DNA of 38,015 nt from Octopus bimaculoides (lineage: Eukaryota). Position 1 is the first letter of the stretch. Each line of letters opens with the position of its first letter. The stretch covers positions 62,307,993-62,346,007 of the forward strand of contig NC_068988.1 in NCBI RefSeq assembly GCF_001194135.2, read 5' to 3'. Shown one piece after another: positions 1-11,960 of this stretch. A program made the position numbers and the translations under genes. Under the pieces are notes generated by a model. The model saw only the letters and a program-made list of their open reading frames with translations. It ran no database searches and was not told where the DNA came from.

Positions 1-50
1 AACGGCAGACGAAATACCGCTAAGCATTTCACCCGGCGTACTAATGTTCC
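1..50 (-). mobile_element. SINE-A fragment (tRNA-like head region), runs off the window edge
   Basis: Nearly identical to 218-270 (aacggcagacgaaatac.gctaagcatttc.cccggcgt.ctaa.gtt); stops where the next copy's tail begins. Confidence 0.85.
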
Positions 51-282
51 TTATTTCTTTATTTCCCACAATCGGCTAAACACAGAGGGGACAAACAAGG
101 ACAGACAAGGCGATTAAGTCGATTACATCGCCCCGAGTGTCTCACTGGTACTTAATTTATCGACCCCAAAAGGATGGAAGGCAAAGTCGACCACTGCGGA
201 TTTTGAACTCAGAACGTAACGGCAGACGAAATACTGCTAAGCATTTCGCCCGGCGTGCTAACGTTTCTGCCAGCTCGCCGCC
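51..282 (-). mobile_element. Full-length tRNA-derived SINE-A, tail type 1
   Basis: Reverse complement reads GGCGGCGAGCTGGCAGAA (A-box-like) ... GAGTTCAAAATCC (B-box-like) ... tttgtcccctctgtgtttagcc ... aaataaagaaataa; homologous to 3004-3210 and 12474-12615. Confidence 0.9.
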
Positions 283-370
283 TTATTATGTATATATATA
301 GTAGTACTTGAGTACTACACTGAACATATTTTGCATAAGAAATTTATTTTATGTTCCTGCATGCATCGTC

Positions 371-516
371 ACCCCTTCCCGTGATGTTTCTGGCTTTATG
401 CCAAGATTTAAAACCAATGTTATGATTACAGCGCAGATATAATTAGAATATTAAAGATCCGACCTTAACTTAACCCCACACTCAAAATTGCTGGTCTGGT
501 GTCACAGTTGGAAACT
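371..516 (+). mobile_element. Two isolated SINE-A type-2 tail remnants (371-418 and 469-516)
   Basis: ctggctttatgccaagatttaaaacc and aaaattgctggtctggtgtcacagttggaaac both resemble the tail of 725-938 (tttctggacctgtgccaaaatttgaaacc). Confidence 0.55.
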
Positions 517-523
517 AATTCTT

Positions 524-691
524 CTCTCAGATATTGGCAACAGGCCAGCAATTTCGGAGAAGCGGGGTAAGTCAATTACATAGACCGCAGTGTTAAACTG
601 GTACTTATGCTATCATCTCCGAAGGGATGAAAGGCAAAGTCGACCTCGACGAAATTATACTCAGCCCGCAACGTTTCTACCAGCCAACCGC
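524..691 (-). mobile_element. SINE-A, tail type 2, internally deleted
   Basis: gatgaaaggcaaagtcgacctcg and actggtactta match the family; about 45 nt of the head is missing between tcag and cccgcaacgtttctaccagc. Confidence 0.8.
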
Positions 692-724
692 TTTTCAGTA
701 TAAAAGAAATTTAATTACAAGTTA

Positions 725-938
725 GGCAGTGAATTAGCAGAATCATTAATGGGCAGGGAAAATGCTAAGTGGCCTTTCGTCCGTTTTTACTTCCTGAGTT
801 CAATTGTCCACAATGTCAATTTTGCCTTTTATCCTTTCGAGGCTGATAGAATTAGTACCAGATAAGCACTGGGGTCCATGTAATCAAATTATCCCCTCGG
901 CCAGAATTTCTGGACCTGTGCCAAAATTTGAAACCAAT
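725..938 (+). mobile_element. Diverged full-length SINE-A, tail type 2
   Basis: ggcagtgaattagcagaatc ... ctgagttcaa ... agtaccagataagcactggggtccatgtaatc ... gtgccaaaatttgaaacc. Confidence 0.8.
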
Positions 939-1170
939 ACATTGATATATGAGTGGAAGTATGATGTTGCTTATACATTTTATAAGATTTAGTTGAATTA
1001 TCCTGCGGACTTATACTGATAAACGTCATGAAGATACTTAAATACGTGTGTGTGTGCGTTTGTGTGCCTGTGTTTCAAGCTGTGCGTCACACTTTGTAAA
1101 AATATATAACTGTAAATTTTATTGTATAGATATGATGCACAGGCCTGAGAAAAGGCGTGGTGCAATTAAC

Positions 1171-1196
1171 TGTCTGTCTCTATCTGTCTGTCAATC

Positions 1197-1259
<63 letters not shown>

Positions 1260-1754
1260 CCCTTTCTCTCTGTCTCTGAATGTCTGTCTGCCTGTCTGTG
1301 TCTCTGTCTCTCTGTCTCTCTTCATATATATATATANNNNNNNNNNNNNNNNNNNNNNNNNNNNNNNNNNNNNNNNNNNNNNNNNNNNNNNNNNNNNNNN
1401 NNNNNNNNNNNNNNNNNNNNNNNNNNNNNNNNNNNNNNNNNNNNNNNNNNNNNNNNNNNNNNNNNNNNNNNNNNNNNNNNNNNNNNNNNNNNNNNNNNNN
1501 NNNNNNNNNNNNNNNNNNNNNNNNNNNNNNNNNNNNNNNNNNNNNNNNNNNNNNNNNNNNNNNNNNNNNNNNNNNNNNNNNNNNNNNNNNNNNNNNNNNN
1601 NNNNNNNNNNNNNNNNNNNNNNNNNNNNNNNNNNNNNNNNNNNNNNNNNNNNNNNNNNNNNNNNNNNNNNNNNNNNNNNNNNNNNNNNNNNNNNNNNNNN
1701 NNNNNNNNNNNNNNNNNNNNNNNNNNNNNNNNNNNNNNNNNNNNNNNNNNNNNN

Positions 1755-1789
<35 letters not shown>
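1171..1789. repeat. Compound microsatellite (TCTA)n/(TC)n/(TA)n, N gap 1337-1754, then (CA)n
   Basis: Directly visible. Confidence 0.95.
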
Positions 1790-1791
<2 letters not shown>

Positions 1792-2732
1792 TGTATTGTG
1801 TGAGTGTGTATTATATAGTAAAAAATATTATAGAATCAACAAAAGAAATTATATAGCGAATATGTTATGTATAAATGTCTGTTTATATGTGTATATGCGT
1901 ACGTATAGATGCATATATGATTAAGTATGTATGTATGTGTCTGTGTGTGTCTACGTGTGTCTGTGTATATTACCGTGGTGCACACTTTACGTAAATTCTT
2001 GCCGATTCATTTTGCTTTATTATAGTCTATTGTTGTTCACATGTATAAACATGAGGGTCAGAATCAAACATTTATATATTCCAAACCTACGCTACTGAAT
2101 TTACGTTAATATATTGTGTATTGTATTTCTTCAGGATTTTTTTGCCTGACTCTTAGGAGATTATATGAAAAACATATACCATACATTGTTTCAAAATTTT
2201 TGTTTCAAAAAAATTCTAGCTACAAATGTTATTTAATGACTATTTCCCTTATTACATATTTTACAACTCATGATATTGATATGTTATTGATCTATTCATT
2301 AATAGCATTGTTGCTCAGTGATTTTTCATGGTATGTTTGTATATTTTCTTTTAAGACGAATCGATTTGCTCAGATACGACTTCCATGTTCGGTAAATTTT
2401 GTGTTATTTTCTTCTTTTTTTTTAATATTGAAAATGTACGAATAAGATTAATATTATTAAAGACCAAAAGCGATGTGTTTAGGGAGGTGTGTGCATAAAA
2501 ATGTACGCATACGTAAAGAAAAAAAGGTGCGCATTCATAAATGTCTATATGTATAACATGTACATGTGACTGTGCGTGTGAAGAGCAATACACACACACA
2601 CACACACACACACGCACATATATATATATATGTACACACACACGCACAAAATGTATGTATATATCCACGCACGCGTAAGCAGGCACATAAGCACTCTGTA
2701 TATGTATATGCCTACATATTTAGAAATATCAT

Positions 2733-2810
2733 TAAGACACGCGATTCACAACTACGTGCTTCCGGGTTCAGTCCCACTGCCCGGCACTTTGTGTGAGTGT
2801 TTTCTGCTAC
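2733..2810 (+). mobile_element. SINE-B head fragment
   Basis: ttccgggttcagtcccactgcccggcactttg (B-box-like) is homologous to 10577-10740 and 28186-28314. Confidence 0.7.
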
Positions 2811-3003
2811 TGTTACGGTTGCAGCCCAAAACATAGGAATGAATTTAGGTTGAAGGATACTGAGAAGAACCTCTCATCGAAACTCCCTTTAAAATACTAA
2901 CACATAAGTATACAAATTTCTGTCTTATTTAACAAAATAAAGATTTCTTTAAAACAAGCTTTTCTCTCATATGTTAGTTGTCTAATACAATAGAAAGCCT
3001 TAA

Positions 3004-3210
3004 GGCAGAATCGTTTGCACGCCGGGCGAAATGCTTAGCAGTATTTCGTCTGCCGCTACGTTTTGAGTTAAAATTCCGCCGAGGTCGACTTTGCCTTTCA
3101 TCCTTTCGGGGTCGATTAAATAAGTACCAGTTACACACTGAAATCGATCTAATCGACTTAATCCCTTTGTCTGTCCTAGTTTGTCCCTTCAATGTTTAGC
3201 CTCTTGTGGA
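3004..3210 (+). mobile_element. Near full-length SINE-A, tail type 1
   Basis: About 85% identical by eye to the reverse complement of 51-282. Confidence 0.9.
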
Positions 3211-3675
3211 AAAGAACTGTTTCCCAAGTTATAAACAGATACCATTAAGTGAACACGTTGAGAGATGTGCGGGAATGTTCCAATATATCAATGCTATGGT
3301 AAAACTATACTTCCGTTAATTAAAGAGACTATATTTATTAAATAGTATCAACCGCACAAATGGGCTATTCAAATATTTTATTAAACATATGTATACATAT
3401 ATATACATATATATATATATATGTAGATATGCAGGGCAGGGAATCATCAATTAGTAATAAAATTAATAATTAACAATTCTGCCGGGTAGCTCAGTATGAA
3501 AAAAACCTTCTTCGGTAAAAATTTATAATCATAAATATATAGGGATTGACAGTAACCTGCTTCTCCAACATACTGAGAATTCAGAAATAGCAGTCAAAGA
3601 ACTACTGATTTCAAAACTACAAATTATTACTCCAGATTGATAGCGATATTTTTGATACACACAGAACAAAAAAAC

Positions 3676-4645
3676 NNNNNNNNNNNNNNNNNNNNNNNNN
3701 NNNNNNNNNNNNNNNNNNNNNNNNNNNNNNNNNNNNNNNNNNNNNNNNNNNNNNNNNNNNNNNNNNNNNNNNNNNNNNNNNNNNNNNNNNNNNNNNNNNN
3801 NNNNNNNNNNNNNNNNNNNNNNNNNNNNNNNNNNNNNNNNNNNNNNNNNNNNNNNNNNNNNNNNNNNNNNNNNNNNNNNNNNNNNNNNNNNNNNNNNNNN
3901 NNNNNNNNNNNNNNNNNNNNNNNNNNNNNNNNNNNNNNNNNNNNNNNNNNNNNNNNNNNNNNNNNNNNNNNNNNNNNNNNNNNNNNNNNNNNNNNNNNNN
4001 NNNNNNNNNNNNNNNNNNNNNNNNNNNNNNNNNNNNNNNNNNNNNNNNNNNNNNNNNNNNNNNNNNNNNNNNNNNNNNNNNNNNNNNNNNNNNNNNNNNN
4101 NNNNNNNNNNNNNNNNNNNNNNNNNNNNNNNNNNNNNNNNNNNNNNNNNNNNNNNNNNNNNNNNNNNNNNNNNNNNNNNNNNNNNNNNNNNNNNNNNNNN
4201 NNNNNNNNNNNNNNNNNNNNNNNNNNNNNNNNNNNNNNNNNNNNNNNNNNNNNNNNNNNNNNNNNNNNNNNNNNNNNNNNNNNNNNNNNNNNNNNNNNNN
4301 NNNNNNNNNNNNNNNNNNNNNNNNNNNNNNNNNNNNNNNNNNNNNNNNNNNNNNNNNNNNNNNNNNNNNNNNNNNNNNNNNNNNNNNNNNNNNNNNNNNN
4401 NNNNNNNNNNNNNNNNNNNNNNNNNNNNNNNNNNNNNNNNNNNNNNNNNNNNNNNNNNNNNNNNNNNNNNNNNNNNNNNNNNNNNNNNNNNNNNNNNNNN
4501 NNNNNNNNNNNNNNNNNNNNNNNNNNNNNNNNNNNNNNNNNNNNNNNNNNNNNNNNNNNNNNNNNNNNNNNNNNNNNNNNNNNNNNNNNNNNNNNNNNNN
4601 NNNNNNNNNNNNNNNNNNNNNNNNNNNNNNNNNNNNNNNNNNNNN
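3676..4645. other. Assembly gap (N). Other gaps: 1337-1754, 8240-8333, 12665-12771, 31504-31951, 33298-33490, 34544-34645
   Basis: Runs of n. Confidence 1.
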
Positions 4646-5811
4646 ACAGAGACACCTTTTAAATGTTTCCAACATAAAATTACTGTCTATGTTTTGTTTT
4701 ATATCTGTTTACTTCAATTCACCACGTGCCACAAAAATCACTTCTCAGATATTTTGACTATATATACAGATATATGTTCATGAAGATATGTATACATGTC
4801 CTTGTGTGTTTAACTATACTGTATTTGCTGGAGGAAATATCCCGGTTTATTCAACTTTTCAATACATTCACGAACTGATCGTTTTAATGAGGTGGTATCT
4901 ATTAGCTTATGTTGCTACTACGTTTTAGGATACAACTCAAGTGGGATTGGTTCTTTGTTAGATGTGTTATTTTTATTGAGCTTGGATTTTGATCGATGGC
5001 CATATTCTTCCATATCTTCAGAATAGTTATTCGTGGCAGGTGACGTCATACGTTTCTTGTAGTTTTCTTTATAGATTTTAGCATTGTGCTCTGTATATCA
5101 TTATCGCTTCCAAAATTAATGAGAAATATGCTTGCCCAAACTCTTGTGTATAAACGCATATCAGATTGTTTTCTTTCAGTTTTCCATAAGTATACTACAT
5201 AACTCCACCTTATAGAAAAGTAATTGTGTTTATGCTATTTATGGTTTTGCAGAATCTAGTATTCATTTGCTTCGGAAATAAACTGTCTGTGTACTTGAGC
5301 TTGCACAATCATAAATTTCTGATGCTCTTACATTCTAACTTCTGAGCTATCGAGAGACATTCTTTTTCACTGACTTTAATAATATGCTGGGATTGTTAAT
5401 ATGTTCTAAAAACGCTTTAACTTTTAGTATATTTATTAATTTATTTATTACATCCAGTGAGAACTAAGTTTCAGTGAGGGATTCATTTCGACCTAGTGAA
5501 ACTTCTAGAGTCAAAGATATCTGCTTATTTTTTAATACCATTTATCTTTAATTTGCTTCTATCATTGAACTGTAGCCCTGCTAGGATAGAGTTTTGAAGG
5601 GCTGTAGCCGAACAGATCACCCCTGGCGCCTCCTGGGTTTCCTTTTCTCTCTTCTGTTTTATTATTGTTTTGTTTTAGCAAGGTTAACTTAATAACTATT
5701 ATTACTGATTGTTAAGTAAAAAGAATGTAAACAATCCAACACCAGTTGAGCAGCAGCGGGGCGAGAAAGATAACTACAAATATAGACTCACAAACATTAT
5801 ACACACACACA

Positions 5812-5859
<48 letters not shown>

Positions 5860-5873
5860 CTTTTATTATTCAA

Positions 5874-6012
5874 TTCTTTTATTTGTTTCAGTCATTTGAC
5901 TGCGGCGATACTGGAGCACCGCCTTTTTAGTCGAGCAAATCGACCTCAGGACTTATTATATCCTGGGATTTATTCTATCAGTCTCTTTTGCCGAACCGTT
6001 AAGTTTCTGGAA
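5874..6012 (-). mobile_element. SINE-B 3' half
   Basis: tttgtttcagtcatttgactgcggcgatactggagcaccgcc ... tagtcgagcaaatcgacc ... ttttgccgaaccg is the reverse complement of the tails at 18117-18308 and 34706-34907. Confidence 0.85.
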
Positions 6013-6059
6013 CGAACCTAAAGCCTGTAAGCGATTACCGTGCATTAACTAATACCAAA

Positions 6060-7520
6060 AAAACAGCTGGTATTAAAGACATCCTCAGCTGACCAAAAGA
6101 AATATTCATGTTTGATTGTTGAAGGAAGAAAATCAATACTTCACTACCGAAAACTGTTCACACAATCTCACCTGTCCTACATAAAACGCCACCACAAGTA
6201 GCTTGACATTGATGGAAACATATTAAATGAAGGGGCAAGTAAGTACAGTTAGAGTGGCCCGAAAATATTTTGTCAAACTCAAAAAATATAGCTGTCGAAA
6301 TTCTCTTCACAGGATATAATGTCCCATACTGCATTTGCAGTACCGGTACTCATTACAACATCTGTGACACTTGACTAGTTTCTAGAAGAAATCCACTCCA
6401 TAGATGTTAGAACCTAGAAGATACTACGACTAGAAACCTCCTCAGGAAATCGCTATCGACTACGTCAGCAGAGTTACATGAGACTTGAGATCAGTGCAAA
6501 ACTTTGAATGTCGTGTAGTCTCTCTCAGACAGCAATTACGAAACAACAGCAACAGAGAAATAAAAACATTAAATTAGTCCTGATATGTGAAGAAAACAAT
6601 ATCCTATTTGTCGGCAGACAGCTCCTGGGGAAGCATTCTCTTCCTGATGACCTTCCATATAAACCCCAAACTGTCAGACTAATATACCTCGAAGGAGACC
6701 GGATGTGAAACGCTTAATATACGGAAAATGAAGTGCATGCATTAGCATGTTTTCCGGAGGCTTGAAAAAGGCTGTAATATACACATGAAGCGAAGCTTCT
6801 CTTCGTCTAGTGACCGATGCATGGCATAACACTTCGAAGGTTATGCATTTGCATTCAAAGAACAGAAGGTTGCTACTAAATAATTAATAAACAAAAGAGG
6901 CAGTGAAGTCCTTGCAGATTCAAGACGGAACCAAAATGTAGATTGTGTCTATTTCTGTGTAAGCCTCTCGCATGTGAAATTGCTAATGCCCAAGATTGTT
7001 ATCAAGGTATATACCTTCCTATGTAACATAACGTTGTCGTAAAAAGGAAAATACTAAGAATGACCATTCGGAAAGACAGACTGTCCTGGAATAAATATAG
7101 AGAATGACCCTGCTGTTGAACAGGCGCTGAAACATCAACTCAAGGAATATTGGTGGGACATTCCCATCCAAATATCTATCCAGTGTGGGCCTAACAGGCC
7201 GTATAACGTTTGGGATGGACCAGAAAAGTACGTACCGTCAAGAGGGGTCTATGTGAATTTCTCTTTGAAAATCGACTAGAAACAGGATAACTATAGACAA
7301 CTGCTTTGAAGCCAGCAGCTTCTAAAGCCAAATTACAAATTTATATTTATTACAAGAATAATCAGTACACGTGGTTTTGTGAGAAAATAGCTAACTTACA
7401 CTCTTGATAAGACTGGATTTTCGGAACAAGATGTCAATGAACTAACTCGTACAAGACTAATACAATCTGTAACGGAAATAATAAAAAAAAAAAAAAAATT
7501 CACGAATTTTCTAAACTTTA
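6060..7520 (+). mobile_element. Decayed, 5'-truncated non-LTR retrotransposon with RT C-terminus and restriction-like endonuclease (R4/Dong-like)
   Basis: Manual translation across stops and frameshifts gives, in order: HK*LDIDGNI (YKYLG-like), AFAVPVL..TLD*FLEEIHSIDVRT*KIL (from 6331), ECRVVSLRQQL, HFEGYAFAFKEQKVATK*LINKR, CRLC (6937-6948), CPRLLSRY/YLPM*HNVV (CCHC plus RH motif), WWDIPIQ (7151), NRP, DVNFSLKID*KQDNY (KxxxY at 7280-7294), KFIFITRII. The clade label is from recall. Confidence 0.85.
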
Positions 7521-7621
7521 AAATATGACACTGTATTCGTTATCTACATTTGAACGATGAAGCTTTGTATCTTTGTTTGAAACCACAGGAAGAATTTAAA
7601 TAAACAAAAGACAGAGAACAC

Positions 7622-7653
<32 letters not shown>

Positions 7654-10576
7654 AACGTAAAACTTATACATATAGAATACACAGATTTATTTCTGTATAT
7701 ATGTTTATGCATAATATAAATATAATAAGTTCTAGTATATATACCTACGCATAAATAAATGCATATGTACATACATACATTTTCAAAACTGAAATATATA
7801 ACAAGATCAATGGCTTTCCTATTGTTTCTTAAGAAAATAATTTCCAAAGAAAGTAATATCTCTAACCACTTCTTTCTTATGATTAACACATCAAATATCA
7901 CAATATTTTTTTTGTCCTTCATCTAATATAATACTTTTATCTGCGATTGTGTTATCTATTTCATTTCCTCTCTGTTAGCCGTTTACGTTTTCAGAGATTA
8001 GTCTTGATATATTAATTATGCTAAATGATGAAATTGAATGGAATAATGAACTTTTTATGTCACTATTATGTTAGTTCTTTGTTCCTATTATAGATGTTGT
8101 GGCGATTTCTTTTATGTGAACACATCTAAAATCAAATATATAGTGTACGTATATATGTATGTGTATATGCACGTGTATACATACGTATATATGTGTATGT
8201 ATGCATATATATATACACATTCTACATATATATATATATNNNNNNNNNNNNNNNNNNNNNNNNNNNNNNNNNNNNNNNNNNNNNNNNNNNNNNNNNNNNN
8301 NNNNNNNNNNNNNNNNNNNNNNNNNNNNNNNNNATATACACATATTAAGAAGATATATATATACACACATTTTTTCTTTGTGCGTTTTGTGTGAGTATGT
8401 TTGTATGCTTTTATTCATATAAATGTACTAGAGTAACCCATGAGAGCATTCACCAACACAATTCGATACGTCATATGAAAATAGTAAAGTATACTTATTT
8501 CTACATAATTGCTGACTTATAATTGCGAACATAGTTTTATGTATCTAGAACGTAAATGTCAATACATATATATATAATGATTTTGATATATAACTACTCA
8601 GGTATAGAGCGAAGGGTATGATGTATAACACACGCATGTATATAATGATAATAATAAGGATTATGACGAAGTAGCCTTAGCATTATCTTTAATTCATTTG
8701 TATATATAAATACAACATCAGATAGACCCACATATGTTTCGACTGCATAGTTTAGTAACCGTTGCAATTGCAACTTTGCCGGTGGAGTTTCTGCATGTTA
8801 TTCATCGTAGTATCCTTTGAGATTTAACTGGTTAAAGTTTAATGCTGATTTTCTTTGAGTTCAATTCCAAGCATTGATTAGGTACATATTGTAGGTGAGT
8901 GGCAAGTGCCATGATAATGAAAGGGATGCTTCTGGTCGTAAGTGTAACTATATAAAAGGAAGAATATAATGCAAAACCATATATGCTGGTTGGTAATAAC
9001 AGATGCTGGTCTTTGCTATCAAGTAGAACGTTTAATTTTACTTGATATATTAAAACACTCATCAATGTTACTCAAGGTTGTATGGTTCGTTGTTGTTTTT
9101 TTTCATATGTATTTGTCTCGATAAAAATTATTGTTCATTTATTTGTTTATACATTCTTAAAAATGAAAACTATCATAGTTTAAAAGAATATGAGTTTAAG
9201 AGAATTGAATGGAATAAGTCACTATTCTTTTTATTTCACAACACAAACAAATCATTTTGCAGGTGTCCTTGTAATTTTTCACTTATTCTGAGTCAATTAT
9301 GTTACCTTTATGAAATTTAGATACTAACTTCTGAAAAGTAGTTTTCGTTCCGTTAGATATATCTTTATTACTCTTTGTAAATCTACCGACCGTTTCACAA
9401 ATTTCCCCTCGTAAGGGAAACGTAGCTCGTAGATCGATATGTGCAGCTAAATTAATATATGTTTACTCAAATCATCCAGTGATATTATTTGTAATCTATT
9501 TGATGCTGTACGTTGCAATTCATTTAGGTCGCCTACTATATTGCCCTTTATCTGTCAAACAACTTTGTTCCGCTTCAAACTATACAAGAATACATTCACA
9601 CACAAATATGTTATGCTTAGCAAAGCAAAACATTGTCACTGATTGTATAGTCGCGTGTATTTTACCTCATCATATTTACAAATTACCTCAAAGGTCATTA
9701 ATAATGAAGTTGCGGAAAATGGACTTGTGCATTGTCTTATTAGTTTTAATTTGGCTTAATCGTGTATTTATGTTAATATTGTCGCTTCATACACTGCTAG
9801 TTGTGTAACAATCTCTCGTTACTGTTTTGTTGAAGACTGGCTAACATCAGGCGTATCTACGATCGAATGCATCCATCGAAAACTACCCTTAATTTCCTCT
9901 CTTCAATGAAGATGCAATCGCGTTTCACATCTTGTCTTTCTTTTAAAATGTGTGGGGTATATTTCAAGGATATTTGATTCATATATTTGTCAGGTGCTGC
10001 AATCCCATACAGGCTCCTAATTTGCCTATTCTTTTGCTACTCCAAACATACAGTGATATTTGGAAGAAAATTTAAAGATTATGTAAGCTTGCAATTATGC
10101 AACACGACTCGTGAATGAAATTGAACGAGACGTAGTTATGTCTTTCCATAGTTAGATTAATTAAATCAAAGTAATTCAACAGGCAAGAGTTGAAATAGTG
10201 CAAAGATCATATTGAAAGGACTTACCATAAGAAAATAATAAATGAAACAACTGTCTAATTACTATAAACCATTCAAACCAATACCTTACCCTTTCACATT
10301 TTATAATCGATAACGTATAAATTCGATGGAGTTTCACAAGGTTATTTCAAGGCAAGTGGTGGTTGTGTACCACTAACAAATGTAAAACTAAAACAAACGA
10401 AGAAGAGTAGTTTGCGTTTCTATATTGTATTTCATTATTACGGAATTGAAAGTAACCTAGAAAGAGAAATCAGCGTAGTTATGCCGTTCTGTTTCATGAA
10501 AGTAGGATCGCAGCATTTGCAAATCTCTTGTCCTTATAAATAAGTCAATTTCTAATAGTCAAAAAAAATTATGACT

Positions 10577-10740
10577 GCGGAGGCGTGACTGTGTGGCAAG
10601 AAGTTTGCTTCCCAAACATATGTTTCTGGTTTCAGTCTTACTGCGCGGCACTTTCTACTCTAGCCTCGAGCCGATGAAAGCCTTATAAGTTAATTTGGCA
10701 AACGGAAACTGTAAAAAAATGCGGAAGACCTGTGGTATAT
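10577..10740 (+). mobile_element. SINE-B 5' half (tRNA-like head)
   Basis: gcggaggcgtgactgtgtggcaagaagtttgcttcccaa ... tagcctcgagccga ... aacggaaactg; ends at ggtatat. Confidence 0.8.
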
Positions 10741-10744
10741 GCGT

Positions 10745-11104
10745 CAACCTAATGGAGGGAGCGGAGTTCTCTTTCAAACAGGGTCAACATTTTATAGTGT
10801 AAAACAAATTCACATGTGCTTCGGAGAACCTCTTATATGTATTAACTTGCTCTGGGTGTCGAGAGCAATTCAAAAGCAAAACAAAAACAGTACACGTTCA
10901 AGGATGGCTGTACATAGAATCCATATCAACATTCGGGAATATAGAAAAAGAGCATTCAGCGAACATATCGACATTTCCGCCACTAACAAACAACCCAGCT
11001 TTAGAATTTTTACCCTCTATAAATTCAGGGACGATGCAACATGTAGTCAACTCATTACTTAAGAGTCATATTTTATCACAAAATATAAACCCCTTTTGAA
11101 TGCG
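10745..11104 (+). mobile_element. Penelope-like element fragment, GIY-YIG endonuclease C-terminus (frameshifted)
   Basis: FTCASENLLYVLTCSGCREQF (from 10809), RSRMAVHR, FSEHID, F+IF+LYK, ESYFITKYKPLLN (11063-11101): typical PLE CxSxNLIY.ITC..C...YIG...R..xH layout. Confidence 0.85.
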
Positions 11105-11313
11105 TCCACCGCAAATGACACTATTACAAGGGCCTTAGAATAATAACCACGCAAATATTAAAAAAACAATATATTCAGAAGTCACTATCCATGAATTTAT
11201 TCAGAACAATTCTAATCACTACTATTACAACCACAACGGGTTGCTTTTAGGTCACGTGTCCATTTAATAGAATTCCACCAACATCCTACTACTGTCATAC
11301 CACACACGCAAAT

Positions 11314-11407
11314 TTCTTCTTCTTCTTCTTCTTCTTCTTCTTCTTCTTCTTCTTCTTCTTCTTCTTCTTCTTCTTCTTCTTCTTCTTCTTCTTCTTCTTC
11401 TTCTTCT
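11314..11407. repeat. (TTC)n microsatellite, about 31 units
   Basis: Directly visible. Confidence 0.95.
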
Positions 11408-11570
11408 ACTTGTATATATATATAATTTATATAAGGGCATTACTATACAATAATTCCTCACGCTTAGAGGGACTTCATACGTCAAAACTAGCAAAAGAAG
11501 CACACACACATATATATCTATATATATGTGCGTTTGTGTGTGTATGTGTTTGTGTGTGTATGTATGTATT

Positions 11571-11780
11571 TGTGTGTCTGTGTTTGTCAACCTACCATCG
11601 CATGACGACCGATGTTTGTTCGTTTACGCCCCCGCAACTTAGAGCTTCGGCAAAATAGACTCATAGAATAAGTACTAGGCTTTTAAAAGATAAGGCTTTG
11701 GGTCGGTTTGTACGCTCAAAGAAGTTGCTCCTGCATGGATGCAATCAAATAACTGAAACCAGTAAAAGAATAAGAGAATA
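11571..11780 (+). mobile_element. SINE-B 3' half, preceded and followed by (TA)/(TG) tracts
   Basis: tgtgtctgtgtttgtc ... accatcgcatgacgaccgatg ... gaataagtactaggc ... caaataactgaaaccagtaaaaga. Confidence 0.8.
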
Positions 11781-11784
11781 ACAG

Positions 11785-11785
11785 C

Positions 11786-11859
<74 letters not shown>

Positions 11860-11960
11860 GTTTGTGTGTGTGAGTGTGCGTGCGTGTGTGTGCCTGTGTG
11901 TGTGTAAAGTTAAGAAAGTGAGAGAGAAAAAGAGGGTGCGAGAGAGAGATGAGTGGAGAG
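11785..11960. repeat. (TA)n-(TG)n-(GA)n compound microsatellite
   Basis: Directly visible. Confidence 0.9.

Noticed and set aside
2135-2330. Candidate 196-nt exon (ttcttcag|G ... TG|gtatgt) inside the 109-aa ORF at 2116-2445
   Set aside because: The peptide is F/I/L-rich as expected from AT-rich DNA and matches no family I recognise. Roughly one open frame of this length is plausible by chance; needs RNA-seq.
1048-4675. Long ORFs spanning N gaps (also around 8240, 12665, 31504, 33298, 34544)
   Set aside because: Artefacts of translating N runs and flanking dinucleotide repeats.
4800-5400. Minus-strand stretch with faint resemblance to a non-LTR element N-terminal region
   Set aside because: No diagnostic motif is recoverable; too decayed to call.
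6645-6715. CTGATGA ... GAAAC, hammerhead-like spacing
   Set aside because: No helix II closing pair and no helix I/III; it lies inside the R4-like coding relic.
8761-8774. 14-bp palindrome gttgcaattgcaac
   Set aside because: About this many are expected by chance in ~33 kb of called sequence.
8832-9065. Minus ORF with faint likeness to a Cys-loop receptor pre-M1/M1 region (VTLT.R ... KKIS)
   Set aside because: Spacing is about 7 residues too short, there is no M1 proline or Cys loop, and no supporting neighbouring exons.
11264-11590. Poly-Arg ORF
   Set aside because: Translation of the (TTC)n microsatellite.
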